A stretch of DNA of 64,000 nt from a virus, in the IMG/VR virus record IMGVR_UViG_3300035704_000001, positions 86,823 through 150,822 of that record; one strand, given 5' to 3'. Made by a program: the position numbers and the translations under genes. The notes beneath the pieces are model-generated. The model was not told the DNA's origin and searched no databases. It saw nothing but the letters and a program-made list of their open reading frames with translations. Positions 15,619 through 25,811 of the stretch are shown here, in pieces; position 1 is the stretch's first letter; each line of letters opens with the position of its first letter.

Positions 15619-16239
15619 GTGGAAGCGCACAGCAGGCCGGGCAGCCGGGACCTGACCCAGCGGGCACCGTACCCCAGCGTGCTGGAAAGCCTCGTCCGCG
15701 AGGCAAGTTACCGGCCCGGCTGGAAGCTGATCCTGTCCGAGATGGACCGCGGGCAGGGCAGCGGTGGCCTGACCCTGGACATCATCACCAAGGGGCACGA
15801 CAGCTATCACCCCGAGCTGGGCACGAATTACTGCGTGCATCACTACTTCCCGGTCCCGCCGGCGGCCTACAACGAGCGGTCCTGGACGCACTGGATCTTC
15901 GAGTGCCTGGTGAACGTCGAGAAGCACGAGGCTATGGAGTTCTTCCGCCTCGGCGGCAAGCCTGTCTACCCGCCCGCCCACGGGCCCGGCAACGATCCCT
16001 ACCTGGTGCTCATCTACGGAGAAGATCTCGACCGGCGCACCCGGTTCACCGGCGAGATCAACCCGGGTGACTTAGCATGGCCACGTCCGGGCTGGGCAGG
16101 CAGCTCGGGGCTGCGATCACCGCTCCGATGGGGGAGCTGGCCGAGTACCTGGCGCTCATCACCAAGGCGAACCCGCGTGGTTCAGCGGCTGCCCTGCTGG
16201 CACGGCCGGACGTGGCTGCCATGCTGCATGAAGCGCTGA
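15619..16239 (+). CDS. hypothetical phage protein
   Basis: GTG preceded by CGAT-N9 motif; globular composition (HEAMEFF...PAHGPG); 3' end overlaps next gene. Confidence 0.6.
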   Translation: MEAHSRPGSRDLTQRAPYPSVLESLVREASYRPGWKLILSEMDRGQGSGGLTLDIITKGHDSYHPELGTNYCVHHYFPVPPAAYNERSWTHWIFECLVNVEKHEAMEFFRLGGKPVYPPAHGPGNDPYLVLIYGEDLDRRTRFTGEINPGDLAWPRPGWAGSSGLRSPLRWGSWPSTWRSSPRRTRVVQRLPCWHGRTWLPCCMKR

Positions 16240-17105
16240 GCGAGGGGCACGAAGCCGCAGTGACCTACATCGAGCAGGGCTGGCTGGCATCCGGGGCGGA
16301 CCCGGGAGACCCGGTGCACGCCCGGCTCCAGGAAGACGCCGCGCGGCTGTTCGGCACGCCGGGCCCGCTGCGCGACCTCATCGCCCGGGCTCACGCCTCG
16401 GTGCCGCGCCGGGAGTTCGAGCCCGGCCGCGACGAGCCCGGTACCAACCCGGGCAGGGACGCCGCTGAGCGCCGCGCTGCGGCCGTGGCGGCCGCGCTGA
16501 CCGGATGGGGCCGCCAGGCCGCCCAGCGGGCCCGTATGGCGCTGGGAGCGGCGGAGGGGATGGGCAGGACCGCCGCGGCCATCGAGAGCGCTCAGCTGTA
16601 CTCCGAGGGCGTGCGCAAGCGCTGGGAGCGGAACCCCGCCTCGGCTTCCTGCATCTGGTGCCGCCGGCTCGACGGGGTGACCATCGACCTGGGCGACTCG
16701 TTCGCCCCGTACCTGGGCGGGCCGGTGGCCACGCCGGCCTCCGGAGCCCGCCGGGTGGCCACCGATGCCGGCGCCGCCAGGTACAAGCTCCCGGTCGGCG
16801 CGGCCATCATCCTCACTCACCCGCCCCGGCTGTACCATGGCGGCTTGCAGGGACCGCTGCTGCACCCGGAGTGCGAGTGCAAACTGCGGATCGTCCGCAC
16901 CCCGGGCGGCGTACCATCAGGGAGCGGCCAGGGCGGCCTACCGGCCGGCGGCGAATCCCCCGCTCCCAAAGTCGCCGGCGGCTTCCTGGCCGCGTCAGAT
17001 GTCCGCGCGATGCCGGAGGACCAGTACCGGGCGGGGCTGGCCCTGCTGCGCGCGGCGGTACGGGGCATGGACACCGCGATGCGAGGGCTGGCAGAAGGGC
17101 GGTAG
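16077..17105 (+). CDS. MuF-like minor head/morphogenesis protein
   Basis: KRW...CIWCRRLDG...LHPECECKL matches MuF CxxC...HPNCRC pattern. Confidence 0.7.
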   Translation: MATSGLGRQLGAAITAPMGELAEYLALITKANPRGSAAALLARPDVAAMLHEALSEGHEAAVTYIEQGWLASGADPGDPVHARLQEDAARLFGTPGPLRDLIARAHASVPRREFEPGRDEPGTNPGRDAAERRAAAVAAALTGWGRQAAQRARMALGAAEGMGRTAAAIESAQLYSEGVRKRWERNPASASCIWCRRLDGVTIDLGDSFAPYLGGPVATPASGARRVATDAGAARYKLPVGAAIILTHPPRLYHGGLQGPLLHPECECKLRIVRTPGGVPSGSGQGGLPAGGESPAPKVAGGFLAASDVRAMPEDQYRAGLALLRAAVRGMDTAMRGLAEGR

Positions 17106-17108
17106 GCC

Positions 17109-17435
17109 GTGGACGCTGACCTGCCGGAGGCTCCGGCAGGGTCGAACACCCTGCGCTATTTCTCGGAGGAGCTGGCGGCTTACGCGCTGGCTGTCGTCTT
17201 GCTGTGGGAGTACTCCCGCAGCCACCCGCGCGAGGAGTTCGTGTTCGGCCCGCACAACCTCGCGGCGGCCAGGGCCGGCGGGCTGGTGCTGTCCGGGCCC
17301 GACCTGACGGGCCCGGCCCGGGTGCTGGCCGAGGTCGAGGGGCTGGCCCTGCACGAGCCCGGGACCGAGGAGGCGGCAGCAGCCCGATTATCCGGCCGTG
17401 GACGGCTGGGTGGTGCGGGAGTGCTTCGTCGATGA
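17109..17435 (+). CDS. hypothetical protein
   Basis: 108-aa ORF in operon context. Confidence 0.45.
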   Translation: MDADLPEAPAGSNTLRYFSEELAAYALAVVLLWEYSRSHPREEFVFGPHNLAAARAGGLVLSGPDLTGPARVLAEVEGLALHEPGTEEAAAARLSGRGRLGGAGVLRR

Positions 17436-19176
17436 GGTAGCGGCGTTTGCCGGTACCGGCGCGGCCACGCGCGACGTCAGCCAGTACCAGCGCACTGACC
17501 CGCGGACCGGGCGCCCCGAGGTCGTGCACCAGTACCGGGCCGGCGTCAAGCCCGGGGCCAAGCTGGGCGCCCCCACTGCCCCGGCCCGCGAGTGGTGGGA
17601 TGCCCCGGCCAACTGGTGGATTCCCCACCCGGACTGGGAGAAGGGCCAGCAGGAGTGGATCACCGCCGGGGAGAAGGCCTGGCTCGACAAGGGGCAGGCG
17701 GCCAGCGCCCGGAGCAAGGCCCAGCGGGCCGCGAAGGATGCCGGCGGGGCCGCCCAGGACGCCACGGCGCTGGAGCACGGCTACGAGCGCCCCGACCCGT
17801 CCCGGCACCTGCGCGAGCGGGGCACCTACAAGAACCCGGCCGACCACCCGTTCTTCAAGCGCAACCAGCTGAGTCACGAGAACATCGTCAAGGCCTACGA
17901 CGACACCACGCCGGCGGAGAAGGAGCAGGGCGGCCGCTGGTACGAGGACGGCCACCGGCTGGCCTGGGCGCTGGGCGGCGGTGACGCGGCCAAGGGCGCC
18001 GCGGTGCTGTCCGCCTACTCCCCGCGGACCGGCTGGCCGCTGAACATCTTCAACGCCGCCCGGTCGCTGCACTCCGGCCGCGCGCTCGGGCCCGGCGAGG
18101 GCGTCATCATGGGCTCGGCCCAGCGCAGTGCCCAGCGCATCATCGACGGCGAGCACCCCGACGACGTGCTGCAGGCGCCGAAGACCAACGCGTTCGGCCG
18201 GCTGCTGGCGCTGGGCGGCGACCACCCCGAGGACACCATGGGCCAGGTGGTGGTCGACCGGCATGCCCTGTCGGTGGCGGCCGGGCGCCGGCTGACCAAG
18301 GGCGACACCGAGGGCAAGGGCGAGTTCAGCAGCCCGATCGGCAAGGAGCCGTTCTACGGCCACGTCGCGGACATGTACCGCGAGGCCGCCCGGATGATCT
18401 CCGAGCGGGACGGCGAGGAGATCGCGCCGCACCAGCTGCAGGCCATCACCTGGCTGCGGCAGCAGCGGGTCAACGACGCGGCGGACGTGGCTGCGGCCGA
18501 GGCCGGGGCCAAGAACAAGTCCAAGGGCCTGCTCACCGCGATGCGCAACCACTGGTCGCAGTGGCAGTCTTACGCCCGGCAGCACGGGCTGCGCACCGAG
18601 CTGGGCACCACCGCGCTGCCGCCGGTGCCCATCACCGCGGCCGAGGCCCGGGGCAACTCCCGGCCGGTCACCGCGTCGGAGTTCCACCAGGTGGCCAGCC
18701 AGGGCCGGGACCTGGTGAACCAGATGGAAGACAATCGCTCGGAGATTAGCGGGCTGACCGGCAACTGGGACGCCATCCGGACCCAGGCGTTCGAGGCCGC
18801 GCAGCAGTCCTGGGGCGGGGTGACCATCGACGCGCGCACCGGGGAGATGGTGCCGGAGGGAGCGGACAAGTTCGCCATCTCGGCCAAGCCGCCGGGGGTG
18901 CGCTCCATCTCGGTGCCCGAGGGCGGTACCGAGGCCGAGTTCGACGCGGCCATGGACCAGGCGCTGCAGAAGTTCGGCCCGCTGCTGGAGCAGGACAAGT
19001 ACCACCTGGGCATCTTCCACGACGACGAGAACCACCGGATCGACATCGACCCCGTGATGGTCGTGGACAAGCAGGAGGATGCTGAGGCCATCGGCGCCTA
19101 CACGCACAACATCGGCGGTGCTTACAGCTTCAAGGACGGGAACGGCTACTGGCCGCCGCACATCGCCGACCAGTGA
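17398..19176 (+). CDS. multi-domain head-region protein with putative helical DNA-glycosylase-like domain
   Basis: WY...AAVLSAYSP..W..N, KT.AF, VVVDRHA, Y..AA, LQAITW pattern; CGAT-N9 start. Confidence 0.6.
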   Translation: MDGWVVRECFVDEVAAFAGTGAATRDVSQYQRTDPRTGRPEVVHQYRAGVKPGAKLGAPTAPAREWWDAPANWWIPHPDWEKGQQEWITAGEKAWLDKGQAASARSKAQRAAKDAGGAAQDATALEHGYERPDPSRHLRERGTYKNPADHPFFKRNQLSHENIVKAYDDTTPAEKEQGGRWYEDGHRLAWALGGGDAAKGAAVLSAYSPRTGWPLNIFNAARSLHSGRALGPGEGVIMGSAQRSAQRIIDGEHPDDVLQAPKTNAFGRLLALGGDHPEDTMGQVVVDRHALSVAAGRRLTKGDTEGKGEFSSPIGKEPFYGHVADMYREAARMISERDGEEIAPHQLQAITWLRQQRVNDAADVAAAEAGAKNKSKGLLTAMRNHWSQWQSYARQHGLRTELGTTALPPVPITAAEARGNSRPVTASEFHQVASQGRDLVNQMEDNRSEISGLTGNWDAIRTQAFEAAQQSWGGVTIDARTGEMVPEGADKFAISAKPPGVRSISVPEGGTEAEFDAAMDQALQKFGPLLEQDKYHLGIFHDDENHRIDIDPVMVVDKQEDAEAIGAYTHNIGGAYSFKDGNGYWPPHIADQ

Positions 19177-19178
19177 TA

Positions 19179-19198
19179 CACTTGACCCGAGTCAGGAG
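19179..19198 (+). promoter_or_regulatory. palindromic operator copy 2
   Basis: CACTTGAC-ccga-GTCAGGAG overlapping the SD of ORF 19204. Confidence 0.55.
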
Positions 19199-19203
19199 GT
19201 CGC

Positions 19204-19572
19204 ATGGACGCGAAGACGCAGGGATTCAAGGGCCCGGGGCAGTGGCGGACGCAGGCGGAGGACGCGCGCCCGGCTACCGTCTTCGCTGACCTGGCCGACA
19301 TCGCCCGGCGGCTGCAGGACAAGGGCCTGGGCGATGCGCAGCAGGCCGTGCACCGGGGCGAGGCCGCGCTGCAGGGCGAGGACCAGGAGACCGGGGCCGC
19401 CGAACTCCGGGCAGCGGCCCGGCTGTGCCAGGCCCAGGCGCCCGGCTACGCGGCCGGCCTGCGGGACATCGCCGAGCGGCTGAGCGCCGGGGCCCCCGCG
19501 CAGGCCGGCCCGGTGAAGAGCGCCCCGGACAAGGCGGATACCTCCGAGCACCTGGACGTCCACCCCGACTAG
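19204..19572 (+). CDS. hypothetical helical protein
   Basis: GGAGG SD, 122 aa. Confidence 0.6.
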   Translation: MDAKTQGFKGPGQWRTQAEDARPATVFADLADIARRLQDKGLGDAQQAVHRGEAALQGEDQETGAAELRAAARLCQAQAPGYAAGLRDIAERLSAGAPAQAGPVKSAPDKADTSEHLDVHPD

Positions 19573-19605
19573 CCCTCCTGTCCCGGGCATCCGATTGCCC
19601 GGGAC

Positions 19606-20730
19606 ATGGGCGACGAGTGCTACATCATCCCGAGCCCGGCCGGCTCGGGGACCTTCACTCCCGTTGACGAGGTGCCAGCCGCGCTGGCCCGTCAGCGCAA
19701 GGTGACAGGCAAGCTGTTCGAGAAGCACATCCTGAACTTCGGGCCGCTGATCCACCCCAAGACCGGCGGCACGATCAACATCGACGACGCCTTCGTGCGC
19801 TCGATGCAGGATAACTTCGCCAAGGGCGTCTGCGACATCGTGCAGGTGCCGCTCGCCAACGACCAGAACGAGCACGTCGAGACGGCCTCGGCCAACCTCG
19901 GCGAGGTCGTCGGGATCAAGCAGCGGGGCGGCAAGGTCTATGCGCTGATCGACGCGCGCAAGGACGCTGACGCGTTCGGCAAGACCTACCTCGGCGCGTC
20001 CGCCTTCCTGAGCACGAACTACACCGACTCCTCCACCGGCACCAAGGCCGGTCCCACGCTGCTGCACGTAGCCGTGACCAACCGGCCCTACGTCACGAAC
20101 CTGGACGGCTACCGGGAGGTCATCGCGGCGTCCGCCGATAACACCGGCGAAGTCGTCGTACTGACCCCGCCGGAGGAGCCCGAGGTGCCACCGACCAAGG
20201 ATGAGCTGCTGGCGCAGCTCAAGAAGGACCACGGCATCGACGTGGAGGCCCTGCAGGCAGCCGCCGCGGCGCCGCCAGCTCCCGACACCGCCGCGCTGTC
20301 CGCCGCGGTGGTCGAGGCCCTGAAGGGCGCCGGCGTGAAGCTGACCGCGGGCGAGGACGGCGCGCTGAAGCTGACCGACGTCTCTGCTGCAGTGGTCGAG
20401 CTGGCCGCCGACAACAAGGGACTGCGGGACTCGGTGGATGGCCTGAAGCGCAAGGGCGCGGAGACCGAGGTGGACGCCTACATCGCCGCCGGGCGCCTGC
20501 TGCCCAAGACCCGGGAGACCGCGGTGGAGCTGGCGCTGTCCAACCGCAAGGGCCTGGACACCATCCTGGCTCCCGAGGACGCGCCCTACGTGAAGCTCGC
20601 CACCCAGGAGGGCGTGGGCGGCAACGACGGCGAGCAGCGCCAGGAGCACGACATCGACGCGGAGGTGGCCCGGCTCTCGGCCGAGCACTCCCAGTTCTTC
20701 TCCCCCAACGGGACCAAGGCCCAGCGGTAA
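19606..20730 (+). CDS. capsid maturation protease/scaffold (Mu gpI-like)
   Basis: GPTLLHVAVTNRPYV motif, C-terminal coiled-coil scaffold. Confidence 0.8.
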   Translation: MGDECYIIPSPAGSGTFTPVDEVPAALARQRKVTGKLFEKHILNFGPLIHPKTGGTINIDDAFVRSMQDNFAKGVCDIVQVPLANDQNEHVETASANLGEVVGIKQRGGKVYALIDARKDADAFGKTYLGASAFLSTNYTDSSTGTKAGPTLLHVAVTNRPYVTNLDGYREVIAASADNTGEVVVLTPPEEPEVPPTKDELLAQLKKDHGIDVEALQAAAAAPPAPDTAALSAAVVEALKGAGVKLTAGEDGALKLTDVSAAVVELAADNKGLRDSVDGLKRKGAETEVDAYIAAGRLLPKTRETAVELALSNRKGLDTILAPEDAPYVKLATQEGVGGNDGEQRQEHDIDAEVARLSAEHSQFFSPNGTKAQR

Positions 20731-20760
20731 CTAGCCCAGGCAGAGCGAGGAGCAGAGCCA

Positions 20761-21420
20761 ATGCCCGGTAACGACTCGGTGGAGTTTGACTACCCGCCCG
20801 GGTATCAGAAGCCGACGCACGGCTACGGCCAGGAGTTCGGTGATGAGTTCCATGCTCCGGCAGTCGCCGAACTCATGCTGTCGATGGCCGGGTACACCCA
20901 GCGCGGTGTCACCCTGGCCGCCGGGCAGGGCGTGCTCCCCACCGGGACGATCATCGCCCGGCACACCGCCTCGGGCCGGTACTTCGCGTACAACCCGGGA
21001 GCCACCGACGGCCGGGGCACGGCGCTGGGCGTGCTGCGCGACGCGCGGGACACCGGCGGGCCCGGCGCGGCCTCGCTGTCGGCCTACAACGCGGGCACTA
21101 ACGGGGTCAACCCGGACGCCATCACCCTGGCCGGCGGGACCGCGGTGTTCCCGGCCAGCTCCGGCGGCAAGGTGGCCGGCGACGCGCTCGGCAACATGGT
21201 CATCCGCGGCATCCTCAACGCCAACGTGGTCTCCGGCGCGGACACCACCTCGCTGATCCCCAACACCAACGGGCTCGGCTCCGGCGCCGGCCAGGCCGTG
21301 GCGCAGCTGGGCGCGCGGGTCGTGCCGTTCGGGGCTCCCGTCGGCACCGCCGCGTTCCCCGGCGGCCCGATGGACGGCAACCCGGGTGCCATCACCGGCA
21401 CGAACGCCTTCATCTTCTAG
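20761..21420 (+). CDS. head decoration protein
   Basis: GVTLAAGQGVLPTGTIIA...YNPGATDG...ALGVL, between protease and capsid genes. Confidence 0.7.
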   Translation: MPGNDSVEFDYPPGYQKPTHGYGQEFGDEFHAPAVAELMLSMAGYTQRGVTLAAGQGVLPTGTIIARHTASGRYFAYNPGATDGRGTALGVLRDARDTGGPGAASLSAYNAGTNGVNPDAITLAGGTAVFPASSGGKVAGDALGNMVIRGILNANVVSGADTTSLIPNTNGLGSGAGQAVAQLGARVVPFGAPVGTAAFPGGPMDGNPGAITGTNAFIF

Positions 21421-21427
21421 CAGCGGG

Positions 21428-21468
21428 AGCCCCTGCCAGGGCGCGGACGAGACGCGCTGGCAGGGGCT
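21428..21468 (+). terminator. GC hairpin after decoration gene
   Basis: GAGCCCCTGCCAG...CTGGCAGGGGCTC. Confidence 0.45.
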
Positions 21469-21621
21469 CTGCCATGTCCGGGCCGATATGACCCGGTAAC
21501 CGCCACAGGCGGCCAGGCCAGCCAGGTGGCTCCCCGAGAGGGAGCGGCGCAGGCCGGGCTCCGGGCACGGGGTCGCTGCCACAGCCAGACAACTGAGCGA
21601 GATAAGGGCGAGGAGTTTCCC

Positions 21622-22797
21622 GTGCCGGACATCAGCCTCCTGGAGCCGGTGGTGCTCAGGGGCGTCGTAGAGAAGTTCGTGACGCCCCAGACCCACGTGA
21701 TGCTGAACAGGCTGGACCAGACCCCGTGGCCGTTCCCGTCGGCGACGTGGGACGTCATCAAGGGCTCCCGCGCGGTGGCCAAGCCGAACGTGCCGAACTC
21801 CGAGGCGCACATCATCGCCCGGCTCGGCCGGAGCCAGGAGTCGGCCAGCTTCATCTACCTGCGGGAGAAGAAGGTCTTCGAGCCGACCACCCTGCACTGG
21901 CTGCGGACGCCGGGCGAGATCGCCCGCATCAACGCCGAGCAGGCCGTCCTCCGCGAGATCAACGACCTCAACCAGCGCTTCGACAACTTCGCCGAGTGGT
22001 CTGCGTGGCAGGCCATGGGCGGCGGCATCACGTACAACTACGCGGACGTGACGGCGCAGGTCAACTACAAGTTCCCGGCCTCCCACTTCGTGGCGCCGGC
22101 CAACCCGTGGCTGGTCAACGCGGGCCTGACCACGCCGGGCGCGACCGGTGCCGCCACCGACCTGGGCGCGGCCAACACCAACCTGGGTGCCGGCGGCACC
22201 CCGAGCTACGCCAACCCGGCCTCCATCCTGGAGGACGTCCGGTCCTGGAAGCGGATCATCCAGGTGCACGGCCGGGTGCCGGCCAAGGAAGTCTTCGCCA
22301 CCTCGGTCACCATGGCCGCGCTGATGGAGGCCTGGACCCAGGCCACCTCCGGCGCCACCGTCAACATCCCGGCCACGATGCTCAGCGACCGGATGAAGGA
22401 CGAGTTCTACAGCTCCGGCATGATGAGCGGCTTCATGGGCCTGGTGTGGAACACGGTCGAGCAGGTGTACGAATCCGACGCCGGGAACCTGACCTTCTTC
22501 GTGCCGGACGGCGTGCTCTACATGGGCAACTACACGGACCAGAGGCCGATGGAGCTGCTGATCGGCCCGACGGCCGATGACGAGGCCCCGCAGGGCTTCA
22601 CCGGCAAGTACGCGAAGACCTGGAAGGAGAAGGACCCCTCTGCCAGGCAGTACCTGCTGGAGTGGCACCTGCTCCCGATCGTGACCCGGCCGGAGCAGAT
22701 GCTCGTGGCGTCGGGCATCATCGCCTCCAACACCACGCCGACCTCGGGCAACCTTGGTTCCTACTACACCGGGCTCAACCCGAACTGGAAGCAGTAA
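21622..22797 (+). CDS. major capsid protein (lambda gpE-like)
   Basis: GAGGAG SD + GTG 21622; EWSAWQAM.GG, TWKEKDPSARQYLLEWHLLP. Confidence 0.85.
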   Translation: MPDISLLEPVVLRGVVEKFVTPQTHVMLNRLDQTPWPFPSATWDVIKGSRAVAKPNVPNSEAHIIARLGRSQESASFIYLREKKVFEPTTLHWLRTPGEIARINAEQAVLREINDLNQRFDNFAEWSAWQAMGGGITYNYADVTAQVNYKFPASHFVAPANPWLVNAGLTTPGATGAATDLGAANTNLGAGGTPSYANPASILEDVRSWKRIIQVHGRVPAKEVFATSVTMAALMEAWTQATSGATVNIPATMLSDRMKDEFYSSGMMSGFMGLVWNTVEQVYESDAGNLTFFVPDGVLYMGNYTDQRPMELLIGPTADDEAPQGFTGKYAKTWKEKDPSARQYLLEWHLLPIVTRPEQMLVASGIIASNTTPTSGNLGSYYTGLNPNWKQ

Positions 22798-23016
22798 CCT
22801 GATACCGGGCGCGCTTCGAGTGCTCGGTCCAGGAAACACCGTTGAGGCCCCGTCCCCCGTGCGGGGCCTCCGGCGTATGCTGGGCACGTCACTCGGCTGC
22901 TGTGTCTTTCCGTGGGCTACGGGAGGCCCGGCTACCAGGCGCCAGGGCCCGGCCCGTGCTTCTTCTCGGGGAGCACGGTACGGGCCTTTGCGCTGTGCCC
23001 GGACGATTGCCCCGCC

Positions 23017-23697
23017 ATGGCAGGACTGTCCGGTACCCAGCAGGTCGTCGACATCGTGGCCGCCTCGCGGCAGCTGGCTCCCTGGGAGGAGCCAGGCGAG
23101 CCCGAAGAGCCCCGTACCCAGGCGTGCGCGTTCGGCCACCCCAACCCGCCGGGCTCGCGGTTCTGCGCCGAGTGCGGGCTGTCGATGAACGCGCAGCTGG
23201 CCCCGGGAGCCGAGACGGCCCGGCCCAGGCCGGCTGCCGAGCTGACGGACGAGGAGCGGACCGAGCGGGAGCAGCAGCACGCCGCCGCGATCACCGCGGC
23301 GGCGGCGTTCGAGCGGGCGCCTGAGGTGATCCTGCCGGCTGAGGGCGAGGCTGTCCTCATCCACTTCACCGAGGACGGGCTGACCGCGTTCGGCAAGGTC
23401 TGGTACCGGGGGCAGGAGCTGGCCATCGGCCCGGATCACCCGCGCTGGCCCGAGGCGGTCGGCTGGATCATGCTGGACAAGGCCGGTCAGTTCGCCCGGT
23501 GGGGCAGGCAGTACTTCGACCACGGGCCCTGGCCGTTCCAGCGCAGCTACGTGGACCCGGCCGCGCATTACGAGGACATGCGCACGGTCGGCGGGCAGGG
23601 GCAGATGTCCGCCGGCCCGTCGGAGGACGAGCTGCGGCGCGCGGACGAGGCCGAGGCGCGACGGGGCCGGGGCGTGCCTGCCCCGGTGCTGAGGTGA
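23017..23697 (+). CDS. hypothetical protein with zinc ribbon
   Basis: CAFGHPN...FCAECG; CGAT-N9 start. Confidence 0.65.
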   Translation: MAGLSGTQQVVDIVAASRQLAPWEEPGEPEEPRTQACAFGHPNPPGSRFCAECGLSMNAQLAPGAETARPRPAAELTDEERTEREQQHAAAITAAAAFERAPEVILPAEGEAVLIHFTEDGLTAFGKVWYRGQELAIGPDHPRWPEAVGWIMLDKAGQFARWGRQYFDHGPWPFQRSYVDPAAHYEDMRTVGGQGQMSAGPSEDELRRADEAEARRGRGVPAPVLR

Positions 23698-23703
23698 TCC
23701 GCG

Positions 23704-24045
23704 ATGACGTTTCCCGACGGGCTCACCACCGTCACCGTGACCGGCCAGCACATCCTGTCGCTCGACGGGCAGCCGCTCGACGGCGCCGTGATTTTCAGCG
23801 CGTCCGGTCCGCTCGGCGATCCGGCCGCTGACGCGGTGCTGTCCGGCGCCGCGGTCGGCACCGTGATCAACGGCGTGATGATCCCGGTCGTCATCCCGGC
23901 CACCGACGCGCTGAGCCAGCCGTTCACCTACGACATCGCCTTCCGGCTGGACTCGGCCGACGGCATCAGCCCGCCCCCCTACCCGGGGATCTCCATCCCG
24001 TCCACCCTGGGCCCGACGGTGGATATTTCCTCTCTTCTTAGCTGA
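23704..24045 (+). CDS. hypothetical beta-rich virion-associated protein
   Basis: 113-aa ORF in late operon. Confidence 0.55.
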   Translation: MTFPDGLTTVTVTGQHILSLDGQPLDGAVIFSASGPLGDPAADAVLSGAAVGTVINGVMIPVVIPATDALSQPFTYDIAFRLDSADGISPPPYPGISIPSTLGPTVDISSLLS

Positions 24046-24186
24046 TTCGCACCACGCCGGGGCGGGGGCACGGCCGATAGTTAGCTGGCGTGGGGGGCGG
24101 CTTGCAAAGTGACCCGGCCCGGTTCGCACCGCGGGCCCTGGCCTGGACAGCGGATGCAGCAGCCCCCCACCTCCGATTAACCCGGC

Positions 24187-24720
24187 ATGGCGCTGGCTGA
24201 TCTCTCCGTGCTCGGGGCGCATAAGAGCGTGCCGTTCGGGCCCGGCTACCCAGTTCAGATCCTGACCTTCTACAGCCCGGTCGATGACGTCCACCAGGTA
24301 CTGCTCGACCTGATCGGCAGCGCGGGCAAGTCGCTGGTGATCGCGATGTACGGGTTCGACGATGATGAGCTGGCTGCCGCCATCCACGCCCGGCTCGACG
24401 ACGGGTCCTGCTATGTCTCGCTGACCCTGGACTCCAGCCAGGCCGGCGGGGTGCACGAGCGCGAGCTGCTGGCCAAGAGCGCGTTCCCGTCCAACTCGGT
24501 GGCCGTCGGGCGGTCCGAGCGCGGCGCCATCATGCACATGAAGATGATCATCATCGACGGGCTGGACGTGGTGACCGGTTCCACCAACTGGTCCGGCTCG
24601 GGCGAGTCCAGGCAGGACAACCAGCTCACCGTCATCCGCGACGCGCAGGTGGCGGCCGAGGCCCGGGCCCGGGTGGACATGATCCACGAGCACATGCTGA
24701 CCGCGCAGCGGGGGACCTGA
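24187..24720 (+). CDS. phospholipase D-family nuclease (single HKD)
   Basis: [15 protein letters not shown] (HxKxxxxD), GSTNWS, DN. Confidence 0.85.
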   Translation: MALADLSVLGAHKSVPFGPGYPVQILTFYSPVDDVHQVLLDLIGSAGKSLVIAMYGFDDDELAAAIHARLDDGSCYVSLTLDSSQAGGVHERELLAKSAFPSNSVAVGRSERGAIMHMKMIIIDGLDVVTGSTNWSGSGESRQDNQLTVIRDAQVAAEARARVDMIHEHMLTAQRGT

Positions 24721-25295
24721 TGCCCTGGCCCGTCCCTACCGTTGAGCAGCTGTCCGAGTTCAGCGGCCGCGCCGCGGTCAGCTACACCGGCTACGCCGTC
24801 TCGGCTGCGCTGCAGGCCGCGGTCATGTTCACCACCCTGACCGAGCGCGGGGCGGATGAGTACAACCTGCTGAGCCCCGATGACCAGCTGCTGGCCAACC
24901 TGGGCGTGCAGGCCATGGCCGACTACATCTACCTGCGGTTCGCCTACCAGCAGGTGATCGCGAGCCCGCTGCAGAGCGAGAACATCGGCTCGTACAGCTA
25001 CTCCAAGCCGATCGCCGAGATGGCCCGCAACGCGCAGGCCATCGAAGTCACCGCGGAGAAGACCGGGGTGGACATGTTCGACCTGGCCGTCCGTATGCTA
25101 GCCAGGCGGACCCGGGCCAGCGGCGTGTTCTCCGGGCAGATCACGGGCTTCGAGCACTTCGGCCGCGATGACCAGGCGAAGATCATGCAGGGCGAGGACG
25201 GGCAGCTGATGCTGGTCGGCCCGGCCGACTTCAACAAGATCGACCTGCAGTTCTTCGACATCAATGCAGAGGCATTCCCCAGCGACCCGGGCTAG
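24720..25295 (+). CDS. head-tail adaptor
   Basis: SENIGSYSYS motif, position after capsid. Confidence 0.7.
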   Translation: MPWPVPTVEQLSEFSGRAAVSYTGYAVSAALQAAVMFTTLTERGADEYNLLSPDDQLLANLGVQAMADYIYLRFAYQQVIASPLQSENIGSYSYSKPIAEMARNAQAIEVTAEKTGVDMFDLAVRMLARRTRASGVFSGQITGFEHFGRDDQAKIMQGEDGQLMLVGPADFNKIDLQFFDINAEAFPSDPG

Positions 25296-25309
25296 GCGTA
25301 GTACAGGGT

Positions 25310-25795
25310 GTGCGACGGCTGCTGGTTACCTGCTCGCGGACCTGGAGAGACTGGGCCCGGGCCCGCGCGGTGCTCGGCTACATCTACGAGCGGGCCCCGG
25401 ACTTGATCATGGTCTCCGGGCATGCCTGGAAAGGCGACCGGGACCTGGAGCGGATCTGGAAGGACCTGGGCGGCCAGGTCGAGACGCACGTGCCGGACTG
25501 GGAAGGCCCGTGCCGCCCGGAGACCTGCCCGCCGTGGGACTACCACCGCAAGCGCGGCCGCAACGGCCAGGAGTACTGCCCGGCTGCCGGTGACTACCGC
25601 AACCAGCAGATGGCCGAGCTGCCGGGCGTGATCCTGTGCCTGGCGTTCCTCATGCCGTGCGAGGAGCCGAAGTGCGAGAAGCGCCGGGAGCTGGCCCGGC
25701 AGCGGGGCGGCGTGCACTATACCCACGGGACGCGGCAGAGCGCGGACTACGCCGAGCACGAGGCGAAGATCCCTGTCCGGAGGATCACCGGCTGA
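25310..25795 (+). CDS. SLOG-family (YspA/DUF2493-like) protein
   Basis: RLLVTCSRTW, MVSGHA.KGD, PDW, AGDYRNQQM, CLAF, GT. Confidence 0.65.
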   Translation: MRRLLVTCSRTWRDWARARAVLGYIYERAPDLIMVSGHAWKGDRDLERIWKDLGGQVETHVPDWEGPCRPETCPPWDYHRKRGRNGQEYCPAAGDYRNQQMAELPGVILCLAFLMPCEEPKCEKRRELARQRGGVHYTHGTRQSADYAEHEAKIPVRRITG

Positions 25796-25811
25796 GCCCG
25801 ATTAACCAGGC

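Noticed and set aside
15315-16070. 251-aa ORF after portal as one real gene
   Set aside because: Its 3' half overlaps the better-supported ORF 15619..16239 and is low complexity; only the 5' part may be coding, so it was not called
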